Positions 1-7,681 of a DNA stretch of 29,166 nucleotides are shown here, piece by piece. The DNA is taken from positions 1 to 29,166 of the forward strand of contig JALSSH010000604.1 of assembly GCA_026984385.1 (NCBI GenBank), written 5' to 3'. The DNA comes from Ardenticatenia bacterium (GTDB lineage: Bacteria; Chloroflexota; Anaerolineae; Aggregatilineales; Aggregatilineaceae). Every line of letters begins with the position of its first letter. Position 1 is the stretch's first letter. The notes beneath the pieces are model-generated. The model searched no databases. It was not told where the DNA came from and worked only from the letters and a program-made list of their open reading frames with translations. Made by a program: the position numbers and the translations under genes.

Positions 1-1
1 C

Positions 2-166
2 CGCACCGGCAGCGCCGAAGACGCTGCCCATGTGCGCGCGCTGAGCGGGGAAACGCTGCCACCACCGCCGCAGTTGCCGCCTTTGCCCGAGGTGGTCGCC
101 CAAGCCCAAGCTGACTTGGAGGCGCTGTTGCGCCGCGTGGAAACGTTGATCGCTGCGCTGGGCTAA
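2..166 (+). CDS. 3' end of an unidentified protein (partial, runs in from before the window)
   Basis: Open frame from position 2 (RTGSAEDAAHVRALSGETLPPPPQLPPLPEVVAQAQADLEALLRRVETLIAALG) ending TAA at 164-166, 30 nt before the next gene; no recognisable motif. Confidence 0.6.
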   Translation, partial: RTGSAEDAAHVRALSGETLPPPPQLPPLPEVVAQAQADLEALLRRVETLIAALG

Positions 167-196
167 GCTGCCTGCACTACGCCGATAGGAAACACA

Positions 197-1030
197 ATGC
201 CCGAACCGATCCCCACCGCGATCCTGTTGCCGGACGGCTCGCTTGCCCCTACGCCCTACGCGGCACACTCGCTGGCGGAAGTGGCCGAACACGAGCCGCA
301 AGGGGTTTACACCGTCGCGCGCACCTTTCAGCACGACCGCGCGCTGTTGTTGGACGCGCACCTAGACCGCATGGAAAAGTCCGCGCGGCTGGTCGGCATT
401 CCCTTGAAGCTGAACCGCCCCCAACTGCGCGCCGCACTACGCACGTTGATCCACCGCGCAGGCTATCCGGAATCCCGCTTCCGCATCACCGTCCCGCGTG
501 ACGTGCCCGAGCAGGTCTATTTGGCACTCGAACCGTTGCGCCCCGTGCCCGAACACGTTATGCAGGAAGGCGCGCACGTGATCACCGTGCCGCTGGTGCG
601 CCCCAACCCCGTCGCCAAAACGACCGATTGGGTCAAAAAGCGTCGCCCTGCCTACGAACAACTGCCGTCGGACGTTTACGAGGGTATCTTGCTTGACGCA
701 AAGGGCTATGTGCGCGAGGGCTTGTCCAGCAATTTTTACGGCGTGTTGGAAGGGACGCTCCACACGGCGGGAGAAGGCGTGTTGGAAGGCATTACACGCA
801 TGGCCGTTTTGGAGCTTGCACCGCAGGTGTTGCCGCTGGAAATGACGCCCGTTCACAAAAGTGACCTGCCGCGCTTGAGCGAGGCGATGCTCACCAGCAG
901 CAGTCGGGGCGTTGTGCCGATCACGCGCATTGACGGGCAGCCGGTGGGGGATGGGCGTGTGGGGCCGATCACGCGGCGGTTGCAGCAGCTTTACGACGCC
1001 TGGACCGAAGCGCACGCCGAGCCGATCTAG
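197..1030 (+). CDS. Class IV PLP-dependent aminotransferase (IlvE/D-amino-acid aminotransferase/PabC family)
   Basis: Motifs HLDRM, PVAKTT (candidate PLP lysine), EGLSSNFY, LEGITR, SSSRGVVPITRIDG; AGGA upstream of ATG. Confidence 0.88.
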   Translation: MPEPIPTAILLPDGSLAPTPYAAHSLAEVAEHEPQGVYTVARTFQHDRALLLDAHLDRMEKSARLVGIPLKLNRPQLRAALRTLIHRAGYPESRFRITVPRDVPEQVYLALEPLRPVPEHVMQEGAHVITVPLVRPNPVAKTTDWVKKRRPAYEQLPSDVYEGILLDAKGYVREGLSSNFYGVLEGTLHTAGEGVLEGITRMAVLELAPQVLPLEMTPVHKSDLPRLSEAMLTSSSRGVVPITRIDGQPVGDGRVGPITRRLQQLYDAWTEAHAEPI

Positions 1031-2025
1031 CCGTCGGAAGCGTCTTCGGAGATGTCGCGGCGCAAGAGACGTTCGGCCTCCCAGATAGGCAGCTTTTCGT
1101 AGCGACGGCGTAATATCTCCAAGCGCGGATAGCCGTCGGCGGCCTCGGCGGCCCATTCCTGGGCAAAAGCGCCCGTGCGGATCGTGTCCAGCACGTTTTC
1201 CATTTGCTGGCGCAACTTCACGTCCTTAAAGCGTTCCACGCGCGAAAGCGTGCCATATTGGGCGATGCGCGGGTGCAACACCAAACTGGGCAGCACGCCG
1301 ATCTCGGCCCATTTGGTGATCACATAGCCCAGCTCGCCGGAAAGATATTGGCTGAGCGCGATAGCCTCCGGCGAAAAGCCCTCGCGGGTCAATACCTCCA
1401 GCGCGGTTTGTAGCGCGCTGTGCACGGCGGCAAGCAACGCTTGCTGAGCAAACAGATCGAGTTCGGCCTCCTGGCGAAAGGTCAGCTCGACCGCGCCTTG
1501 ATGCAGCGCGCCCAACGCTTTGGCGACGGCCAACACCCGCGCCCACGCCTGGCCGGAAGCGTCTTGTTCCACCGCCACAAAGCTCGGGAAGCCGCCCCCC
1601 TCGATGTACCCTTCGCGCACGCGCTGCCCGACCGCTTGCGGCGCGATCAGCCCCACGTCCACAAAAGGTGGCGGCTCGACAAAGCCGAACGCCACATTGT
1701 AGCCCGAAGCAAAGATCAGCAGATCGCCCGGGCGCATCCCGGGGGCGACTTGCTCCACATACAGCGGCGCGGCGATCTCGTCCGGCAACATCAGCAAAAC
1801 CACGTCTGCGCGCGCCGCTGCCTCTTCGATGCTGAGCACCTCGAAGCCATCGCTATAGGCGCGGTCGGCGTAAGGGTCGGGGCGGTTGCCGACCAGCACA
1901 GGGAACGCGCTATCCCGTAAGTTCAGCGCCACTGAGCGCCCCATGTTGCCGTAGCCGATGACAGCCAGCGTGCTGTTGATCAACAAACCCAGATCGGCGT
2001 CGGCGTCGTGATAGATAACGGCCAT
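1027..2025 (-). CDS. Ketol-acid reductoisomerase (IlvC/KARI class I)-like protein, divergent paralogue
   Basis: N-terminus MAVIYHDADADL, Rossmann motif AVIGYGNMG, LLMLPDE, TFRQEAELDLF; start moved to ATG 2025 because GGGAG lies upstream; several canonical catalytic residues are altered. Confidence 0.85.
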   Translation of the reverse strand: MAVIYHDADADLGLLINSTLAVIGYGNMGRSVALNLRDSAFPVLVGNRPDPYADRAYSDGFEVLSIEEAAARADVVLLMLPDEIAAPLYVEQVAPGMRPGDLLIFASGYNVAFGFVEPPPFVDVGLIAPQAVGQRVREGYIEGGGFPSFVAVEQDASGQAWARVLAVAKALGALHQGAVELTFRQEAELDLFAQQALLAAVHSALQTALEVLTREGFSPEAIALSQYLSGELGYVITKWAEIGVLPSLVLHPRIAQYGTLSRVERFKDVKLRQQMENVLDTIRTGAFAQEWAAEAADGYPRLEILRRRYEKLPIWEAERLLRRDISEDASDG

Positions 2026-2076
2026 CGTTTGCTCCCAACGTGAACGCGGCAAGTGCGCGTGATGTTTTGCACGGTC

Positions 2077-2085
2077 ATTCTATCA
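2077..2085 (-). promoter_or_regulatory. Extended -10 promoter candidate for the IlvC-like gene
   Basis: TGaTAGAAT on the minus strand about 50 nt upstream of the start; no good -35. Confidence 0.45.
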
Positions 2086-2132
2086 CGCGCGGCTTTTCTG
2101 CCCAGCTCTATAGCGGCTCGGCGCGGAAAAGT

Positions 2133-2161
2133 TTGCGCCGCCGTGCAGGGTAAGCTACATT
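2133..2161 (+). promoter_or_regulatory. Sigma70-type promoter candidate for the metallophosphoesterase
   Basis: TTGCGC (2133-2138), 17-nt spacer, TACATT (2156-2161). Confidence 0.4.
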
Positions 2162-2203
2162 GTGCGCATTCAATCACCCGAACCCGATTGCCTCACAGGG
2201 GTA

Positions 2204-3004
2204 ATGTCTATGCTGCCTCATCTGACGTTTGTTCACATCACGGACTCGCATATGACTTCGGACGGCGCACCTTTACATGGCGTGGCTTCTGCGCCCAATT
2301 TGCGCCGTTTAGTGCGCTTGATCAATGATTTTCCCACACCGCCGGACTTCGTGCTGCACACCGGCGACGTTTCCCATGACCGAGGCGCGCCCTCCTATGA
2401 GCAAGCTCAGCCCATTCTCGCCGAGCTGCGCACGCCGATCTACTACGTGGCGGGCAACCACGACGCCCCGGCGCTGTTGCGCAAGTTCTTAGGCGCGCCG
2501 CCTGCCGCAAACGGCGACCCGACCGCTCCGCTGGACTATGTGTTTGAGGTGAAGGGGGAGCGCTTTTTGGTGTTGGACGGTTGCTGGGAGCACGTGCGTG
2601 ACCCGCTCGGCTGGCTCAGCGAGGAACAACTCGCGCGGGTGCGCGACGAAGCCGCTCCACAAGGGCCACCGTTGACGATTGTTTTGCACTATCCGCCGTT
2701 CAAGATGGGGTCGCCCTGGCTGGACGACAATATGATCCTAACCAACGGCGCGGCCCTGCACGAAGCGCTTTTGCCCGCGCGGGGACGTTTGCGCGCGGTG
2801 CTTTGCGGCCATTTGCACCGCAGCAGCCAAATCGTGCGCGATGGGATTACGTACATCTCCGCGCCCAGCGTGGCCCCTGCTTACACCTGGCAGCCCTGGG
2901 ACGCCGAGCCGCGTCCCGATCTGGAAGTGCCGCCCGCTTATAACCTGGTGCACTACTTCACGGATCGCGTGGTTGTGCAACAGTACCATTTTGCGCGTGT
3001 GTAA
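2204..3004 (+). CDS. Calcineurin-like metallophosphoesterase, CpdA/Icc-like (possible 3',5'-cyclic nucleotide phosphodiesterase)
   Basis: Ordered motifs HITDSH, HTGDVS, GNHD, LHYPP, CGHLH; start set at ATG 2204 after AGGGG (ATG 2210 also possible). Confidence 0.85.
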   Translation: MSMLPHLTFVHITDSHMTSDGAPLHGVASAPNLRRLVRLINDFPTPPDFVLHTGDVSHDRGAPSYEQAQPILAELRTPIYYVAGNHDAPALLRKFLGAPPAANGDPTAPLDYVFEVKGERFLVLDGCWEHVRDPLGWLSEEQLARVRDEAAPQGPPLTIVLHYPPFKMGSPWLDDNMILTNGAALHEALLPARGRLRAVLCGHLHRSSQIVRDGITYISAPSVAPAYTWQPWDAEPRPDLEVPPAYNLVHYFTDRVVVQQYHFARV

Positions 3005-3012
3005 GGGAAAAG

Positions 3013-3040
3013 AAAAAGCCCGCGCGCTGCGCAGGCTCGG
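3013..3040 (-). terminator. Rho-independent terminator downstream of tRNA-Glu
   Basis: Minus strand AGCC-T-GCGC-agc-GCGC-G-GGCT stem (one G-U pair) followed by TTTTCTTTTCCC. Confidence 0.7.
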
Positions 3041-3043
3041 CTG

Positions 3044-3116
3044 TGCCCCTATGGGGATTCGAACCCCAGTCTTCACCTTGAAAGGGTGGCATCCTAGTCC
3101 TCTAGACGATAGGGGC
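3044..3116 (-). tRNA. tRNA-Glu (TTC), CCA not encoded
   Basis: Acceptor stem GCCCCTA/TAGGGGC, anticodon loop CT-TTC-AA, T-loop GTTCGAATC, 73 nt to discriminator A. Confidence 0.96.
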
Positions 3117-3129
3117 GTGACATGCGCTC

Positions 3130-3158
3130 ATTCTACCAGTGCATCAGAGAGGCGTCAA
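3130..3158 (-). promoter_or_regulatory. Sigma70-type promoter of tRNA-Glu
   Basis: TTGACG (3158-3153), 17-nt spacer, TAGAAT (3135-3130), 13 nt upstream of the tRNA 5' end. Confidence 0.85.
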
Positions 3159-3239
3159 GGAAATTTCGGGGCTTTGTTCTGTGCGATGAACATCGTCCGC
3201 AGGGAAGCGCTTTTCGGGCTAGGAGTGCGTGCGCAGAGC

Positions 3240-3324
3240 GGGCGCGCCGCCTAGCCGCGCGCAGCGCGGCTGACGCGCGGCATCCGCCGCGCGTAGTGCG
3301 CCGAAGGCGCACGGCGGCGCGCCC
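3240..3324. repeat. Nested palindromic element forming a four-way junction (12-bp closing stem plus three hairpins)
   Basis: Stems 3240-3251/3313-3324, 3253-3260/3264-3271, 3273-3280/3287-3294 and 3296-3302/3306-3312 are all perfect Watson-Crick; the structure is seen directly, the function is unknown. Confidence 0.85.
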
Positions 3325-3352
3325 CTGCGTCCCCAACCGCACGAGCTACGTT

Positions 3353-4312
3353 CTACGCACTCGTCAGTTGGCCTAGCTCCATTTCCAGCAAGCGCTCGGC
3401 GTCCACGCCCACGCAAATATTGACCGGCGGACGTCCTTCCCAGGGGAGCGCTCCCTCGCGCGCCACGTTCCCGACCACCCCGGGCCACGTTTTGCCGCGC
3501 CCAAGTCCGGCCAGCTCCACGCGGATCGGCCAGCGTTCCACCTGGAAAAGCGATGGGTCGAGCACATACGCAATGGCCGAGGAGTCGTGCACGTAAATTC
3601 CTTGCAAATGGGGGTAATGTCGCTCGAAGAATGCGCGATAGAAGCGCACGATGCGCGCGATATGTTGCGCCAGCGGATTTTGCGCCTGCTCATAGCGCGC
3701 CAGGTGTTCGGGCGTCATATTGACCTTGTGTGTCACGTCTAGCCCCACCATCGTCACCTGCCAATCTGCCGCAAAAACGGCTTCCGCCGCTTCCGGATCG
3801 TTCCAGATGTTGGCTTCGGCGGTGGGCGTAGCGTTGCCCGCTTCGTAGGCGTTGCCGCCCATCAACACCACTTCGCGCACGTTTTGGGCGATGCGCGGCT
3901 CCAGGTGCAGCGCCAGCGCGATATTGGTCAGTGGCCCGATGGGCACAAGCGTAATTTCGCCCGGGGCGGCCATGACCTGCTCGATGATGAACTCAGCGGC
4001 GCTTTGCGCGATGGCGTGCGTGCTCGGCGGCGGCAACTCGACGTTGCCCTGGCCGTCCGCGCCGTGTACGAAATCCGCCGGCCCGTTGAAGCGCCCCGCG
4101 ATGGGTGCGTGTGCGCCCTGGGCCACCGGAATATCGCTGCGCCCCGCGATCTCTAACAGCCGCAGCGCGTTGGTCGTCGCCAGCTCCACCGCCACGTTGC
4201 CGAAAATGGTTGTCAGCCCGAGCACGTCAAGTTCCGGCGAGCGCAAGGCGAAAAAGATCGCCATCGTGTCGTCTACGCCCGGGTCGGTATCAATGATGAT
4301 TTTGCGCGCCAT
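3353..4312 (-). CDS. Nucleoside hydrolase (IUNH/Rih family)
   Basis: N-terminal DTDPGVDD (DxDxxxDD), HGADG, IGPLTN, MGG, AEANIWNDPEA, GLDVT, HD motif. Confidence 0.95.
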   Translation of the reverse strand: MARKIIIDTDPGVDDTMAIFFALRSPELDVLGLTTIFGNVAVELATTNALRLLEIAGRSDIPVAQGAHAPIAGRFNGPADFVHGADGQGNVELPPPSTHAIAQSAAEFIIEQVMAAPGEITLVPIGPLTNIALALHLEPRIAQNVREVVLMGGNAYEAGNATPTAEANIWNDPEAAEAVFAADWQVTMVGLDVTHKVNMTPEHLARYEQAQNPLAQHIARIVRFYRAFFERHYPHLQGIYVHDSSAIAYVLDPSLFQVERWPIRVELAGLGRGKTWPGVVGNVAREGALPWEGRPPVNICVGVDAERLLEMELGQLTSA

Positions 4313-4326
4313 AGCGTCTCCTGATC

Positions 4327-5235
4327 CTATTGGTGCAGCGCAACGGCAATTTGCGCGGCCACGTGTGCGTTGTTCACCAGCGCGGCGATGTTCGCTTGTT
4401 TGGAGCGCCCGTTGGTCAGCTCCAACACTTTTGCCAGCACAAAGGGCGTCACGGCTTTGCCGTGTATGCCGGCCTCGTCGGCCAAGCGCGTTGCTTCTTG
4501 GATGGCGGCTTCGGCCTCGTCTTGTGGCAAGGCCTCGGCTTCCGGCACGGGCACGGTGACCAGCACCGCATGCCCCAACCCCAACTTGTCCCGCGCAGCG
4601 ATGATCGCGGCGGCTTCTTGCGGGCTATCCACGCGCTGGTCAATCGGCAGCCCGCTAGAGCGGCTGTAAAAAGCGGGCAGCGTGTCCGTCCCGTAACCCA
4701 AGATCGGCACGCCTTGCGTTTCCAAAACCTCCAACGTGCGTGGCAAGTCCAAGATGGACTTAGCCCCCGCGCAAACCACCGCAATCGGCGTGCGGCCCAG
4801 CTCGATCAAGTCGGCGGAAACGTCCTCCGGATGCCCGCGATGCACCCCGCCGATGCCGCCCGTCGCAAAAACGCGAATGCCCGCCATGTGCGCCACGATC
4901 ATCGTGCCCGCGACGGTGGTCGCGCCATGTTGACGCAAGCCGACCACAATCGGCAGATCGCGCCGCGAGCATTTGCGCACGCCCTGTTGCCCCAACTCGG
5001 CCAGTCGCTCGATCTCTTCTCGGCCCAGGCCCACCTTGATCCGTCCGTCCAAGACGGCGATAGTGGCGGGGATGGCGCCCTCCTCGCGGATCGCTTGTTC
5101 CATCGCCAGCGCGGTTTCCACGTTGGCCGGATAGGGGAAGCCGTGTGTGATCAAGGTGGATTCCAGCGCTACCACCGGCGAGCCGCTCTCTAGAGCAGCG
5201 GCGATCTCCTCCGAATACGTCAATACGTTGTTCAT
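4327..5235 (-). CDS. psuG: Pseudouridine-5'-phosphate glycosidase
   Basis: VALESTLITHG, GATTVA, FATGGIGGVHRG, DVSADLIELGRT, AGAKSILD, NIAALVNNA. Confidence 0.95.
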   Translation of the reverse strand: MNNVLTYSEEIAAALESGSPVVALESTLITHGFPYPANVETALAMEQAIREEGAIPATIAVLDGRIKVGLGREEIERLAELGQQGVRKCSRRDLPIVVGLRQHGATTVAGTMIVAHMAGIRVFATGGIGGVHRGHPEDVSADLIELGRTPIAVVCAGAKSILDLPRTLEVLETQGVPILGYGTDTLPAFYSRSSGLPIDQRVDSPQEAAAIIAARDKLGLGHAVLVTVPVPEAEALPQDEAEAAIQEATRLADEAGIHGKAVTPFVLAKVLELTNGRSKQANIAALVNNAHVAAQIAVALHQ

Positions 5236-5639
5236 CCGGCTACAACCTTTACCTGCACGCGCCGCTTACGCGGTCCATCGAATTCGTAGAACATGACGCT
5301 TTGCGAGCCGCCCAGAAGCAGCTCCCCGTTCTCGATCACCAGCAGCACGCTGTGGCCGATCAGCGCCGCTTTGATGTGTCCGGCGGCGTCGGCGGGTGTG
5401 TCGTACTGGTGTTTGAAGTCCACGCGCGTCGGCACAAGCCGCCGCACATCTGCGATGATGTCCTGCGGGGTGGTGGGGTCCATCATCGAGTTGACCGTCA
5501 CGGCGGCGGTCGTGTGCGGCACGATCACCGCACACAAGCCGGATTGCACGCCGCTTTCTGCGACGGCTGCGCGCACCTGCGCGGTGATATCCACCAAGGC
5601 ATCACCGTTGGGCGTTTCTAGCGTGATTGTCTTCAGCAT
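5232..5639 (-). CDS. YjbQ/UPF0047 family protein
   Basis: 135 aa; PHTTAAVTVN...DP, DAAGHIKAALIG, LLLGGSQSVMFYEFDGPRKR; overlaps psuG start (ATGA) and kinase stop. Confidence 0.9.
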   Translation of the reverse strand: MLKTITLETPNGDALVDITAQVRAAVAESGVQSGLCAVIVPHTTAAVTVNSMMDPTTPQDIIADVRRLVPTRVDFKHQYDTPADAAGHIKAALIGHSVLLVIENGELLLGGSQSVMFYEFDGPRKRRVQVKVVAG

Positions 5640-6589
5640 GAAAAATCCACCTCGTCGCCTGCCGAACGCAACAGCGCCAGCGTCTCTTCACACGTGGGCG
5701 CGGTCACACCACCGCCCACACGTTGCACAACCAGTGCGCCCGCTGCGTTTGCCAGCTTGGCGCTATCTTGCAAAGAAAGCCCGTTGAGCACTCCGGCCAT
5801 GAAAACCGCGTCGTAGGTGTCGCCCGCGCCCACCGAGTCCACCACACGCTCAACCGGATAGGGCGGAATATCCAGCCACCAGTCCGAAGTTATGACCATG
5901 CTCCCTTTGGCCGCGCGTTTGGCGACCACAAACTTCGGCCCCATTACCAGCAAACTGGCAAAAGCATTGGGTCCCTCTTTGCCATCTGCGGCATAGGGAG
6001 CTTCATCATCAGCGAGGAACAATAAATGCGTGCGTTCCAAAGCCCAGCGCACCTGCTTGGGGTCGGCGTAGCGCAGGAACGGCCCCGCGTCCAAATAGAT
6101 CGGCGTGCCTGCTTTGTGCGCGTGCTCAATGGCGCGGGTCGTCATCTTCACGACGCGCTTTTCGGTGAGCGTGTAGCCCTCGATAAAGAGCGCGTCCGCT
6201 TTCTCGATAACCTCGTCCAACCCCTCCGGATATTCCGCCTCTGGTCCTTCGCCGTAGTGTCCGACGAAAACGTGTTTGTCTTCCTCTTTGTCCGTCAACA
6301 CAAGTACCAACGTCGTTTCGGAGTTCGGAGTGGTTAGCACGTGATGGGTATCTACCCCCCGTTCGTTGAGTGTTCCGAGCACCATTTGCCCAAAGACATC
6401 ATCGCCGATCACGCCGGACATCGAGACCTCAACCCCAAAATTCAGCGCCGCCAGGGCAAAGTTCGCCATGCCGCCGGGTTGGACATTGCGCCGCTCGGCG
6501 TTTTGGTGTCGGGCTGCGCGCAAGGGCAGCTTCACCGGCATGATAATATCCAGCACCACATCTCCTACGGTCACAATACGCTTGCTCAT
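5633..6589 (-). CDS. PfkB/ribokinase-family carbohydrate or nucleoside kinase
   Basis: MSKRIVTVGDVVLD, PGGMAN, DSVGAGD signature; start set at ATG 6589 after AGGAG rather than the 7237 start in the ORF track. Confidence 0.92.
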   Translation of the reverse strand: MSKRIVTVGDVVLDIIMPVKLPLRAARHQNAERRNVQPGGMANFALAALNFGVEVSMSGVIGDDVFGQMVLGTLNERGVDTHHVLTTPNSETTLVLVLTDKEEDKHVFVGHYGEGPEAEYPEGLDEVIEKADALFIEGYTLTEKRVVKMTTRAIEHAHKAGTPIYLDAGPFLRYADPKQVRWALERTHLLFLADDEAPYAADGKEGPNAFASLLVMGPKFVVAKRAAKGSMVITSDWWLDIPPYPVERVVDSVGAGDTYDAVFMAGVLNGLSLQDSAKLANAAGALVVQRVGGGVTAPTCEETLALLRSAGDEVDFSC

Positions 6590-6594
6590 CACTG

Positions 6595-7614
6595 CTACTC
6601 CTGGCGCGCCAAGCGCGCGCTCGCCAACTTGTGTACCCCTTCGGCAATCTCGCGCACGCCGTATTCGGCAAAGACCGGATCGGCGTCCAACACGGCTACC
6701 AACGCGGGATCGAAGGCGTCGAACCCGCGATACGCGCCCGCGATGGCACACGCAATCGCGCCGACCGTGTCCGCATCGCCGGAAAGGTTGGCGGCGTAGA
6801 TCGCGGTTTGTCTGGGGTCGCCTTCGGCCATCACCAGCACACCGAAGGCCGCGCCGAGCGTTTCCGGCACGCTGAGCGACGCCCCGACCACGTCGTAAAT
6901 TTCCACCAAGCGCGTAAAGGCGTCTCCCGAGCCACGCGCAATATGCACGCCCATCTCGATCCGTCGCGCCACCGAAGGGCCTAACCAGCGCCGCCCGTGT
7001 TGACGTCCCAACTCCGCGCCCATCATGCCCGCGCTGACCACCGCGTCGAGCGTGGCGTTTTCGGTCATCGCAACGGCAATCGCCGCCGCTACCGCCGCCG
7101 CGCCGCTGATCGCCACGTTGGTATTGTGTGTGGGTGTGCAAACCGTCACCGCGTCGCGCACCGCACCGAGCGGGTCGCCCGGGTGGAGCAAGCCCACCGG
7201 TGAGATACGCATCGGCGCGCCGTTGGTGTCGCCCCAAAGCCCCGTCGTGTGGGGGTCTTCGCCGCGTTTGAGCGCTTGCACGCCGCGCCGTGTGCTCGGC
7301 CCCACGTAGGGGGACGTTTCTCCGCCCACACGATCATACCAGGTGATGATCGCCTTGACCGCGCCTTCGAGCGTCACTCCGCCGTCGCGGATAAATTGCT
7401 GCGCCAGCGAAAAGGCTTGCTCGCTGTCGTCCGTGATGCGTCCGGCAGGTAGCCCTGCGTGCACCGGATGGTCATCCGGCGCGGGCAGGAATTTGTCGAT
7501 CCAACCGCCGTAGGCTTCCCATGTTTGGTAGGGATCAAAATAGGCGGGCATTCCCCATGCGTCGCCCAAGGCTTGCCCGTACAGCCCGCCCAGAATTTTT
7601 TCTTGCAGGGACAC
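6595..7614 (-). CDS. ADP-ribosylglycohydrolase (ARH/DraG/YegU) family protein
   Basis: GQALGDAWG, ITDDSEQA, NGAPMRISP, GDADTVGAIA metal-binding motifs; GTG start after AAGGAGG. Confidence 0.92.
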   Translation of the reverse strand: MSLQEKILGGLYGQALGDAWGMPAYFDPYQTWEAYGGWIDKFLPAPDDHPVHAGLPAGRITDDSEQAFSLAQQFIRDGGVTLEGAVKAIITWYDRVGGETSPYVGPSTRRGVQALKRGEDPHTTGLWGDTNGAPMRISPVGLLHPGDPLGAVRDAVTVCTPTHNTNVAISGAAAVAAAIAVAMTENATLDAVVSAGMMGAELGRQHGRRWLGPSVARRIEMGVHIARGSGDAFTRLVEIYDVVGASLSVPETLGAAFGVLVMAEGDPRQTAIYAANLSGDADTVGAIACAIAGAYRGFDAFDPALVAVLDADPVFAEYGVREIAEGVHKLASARLARQE

Positions 7615-7681
7615 GTGCCCCTCCTTCGTTCGGCATCAGAATAAACGACGTGGACAGGTGTTATGGCCTGTCTGGCATAAA

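Noticed and set aside
2068-2147. Inverted repeat TGCACGG/CCGTGCA in the divergent promoter region
   Set aside because: Only 7 bp and 66 nt apart in GC-rich DNA; compatible with chance
3044-3116. tRNA-Glu as an integration site for an island
   Set aside because: No integrase, no duplicated tRNA 3' end seen in the window, and no obvious compositional shift in the flanks
3202-3212. 11-mer GGGAAGCGCTT shared with 12891-12901
   Set aside because: About one such match is expected by chance among the intergenic sequence, and this copy is not a perfect palindrome
3240-3324. Cloverleaf element as a tRNA, tRNA-Sec or CRISPR repeat
   Set aside because: No TTCG T-loop, no 7-nt anticodon loop, no D-loop GG, and no repeat-spacer periodicity
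6590-7237. N-terminal 216-aa extension of the PfkB ORF in the ORF track
   Set aside because: It overlaps the well-supported ARH gene in another frame, is Arg/Gly-rich noise, and a good RBS precedes ATG 6589
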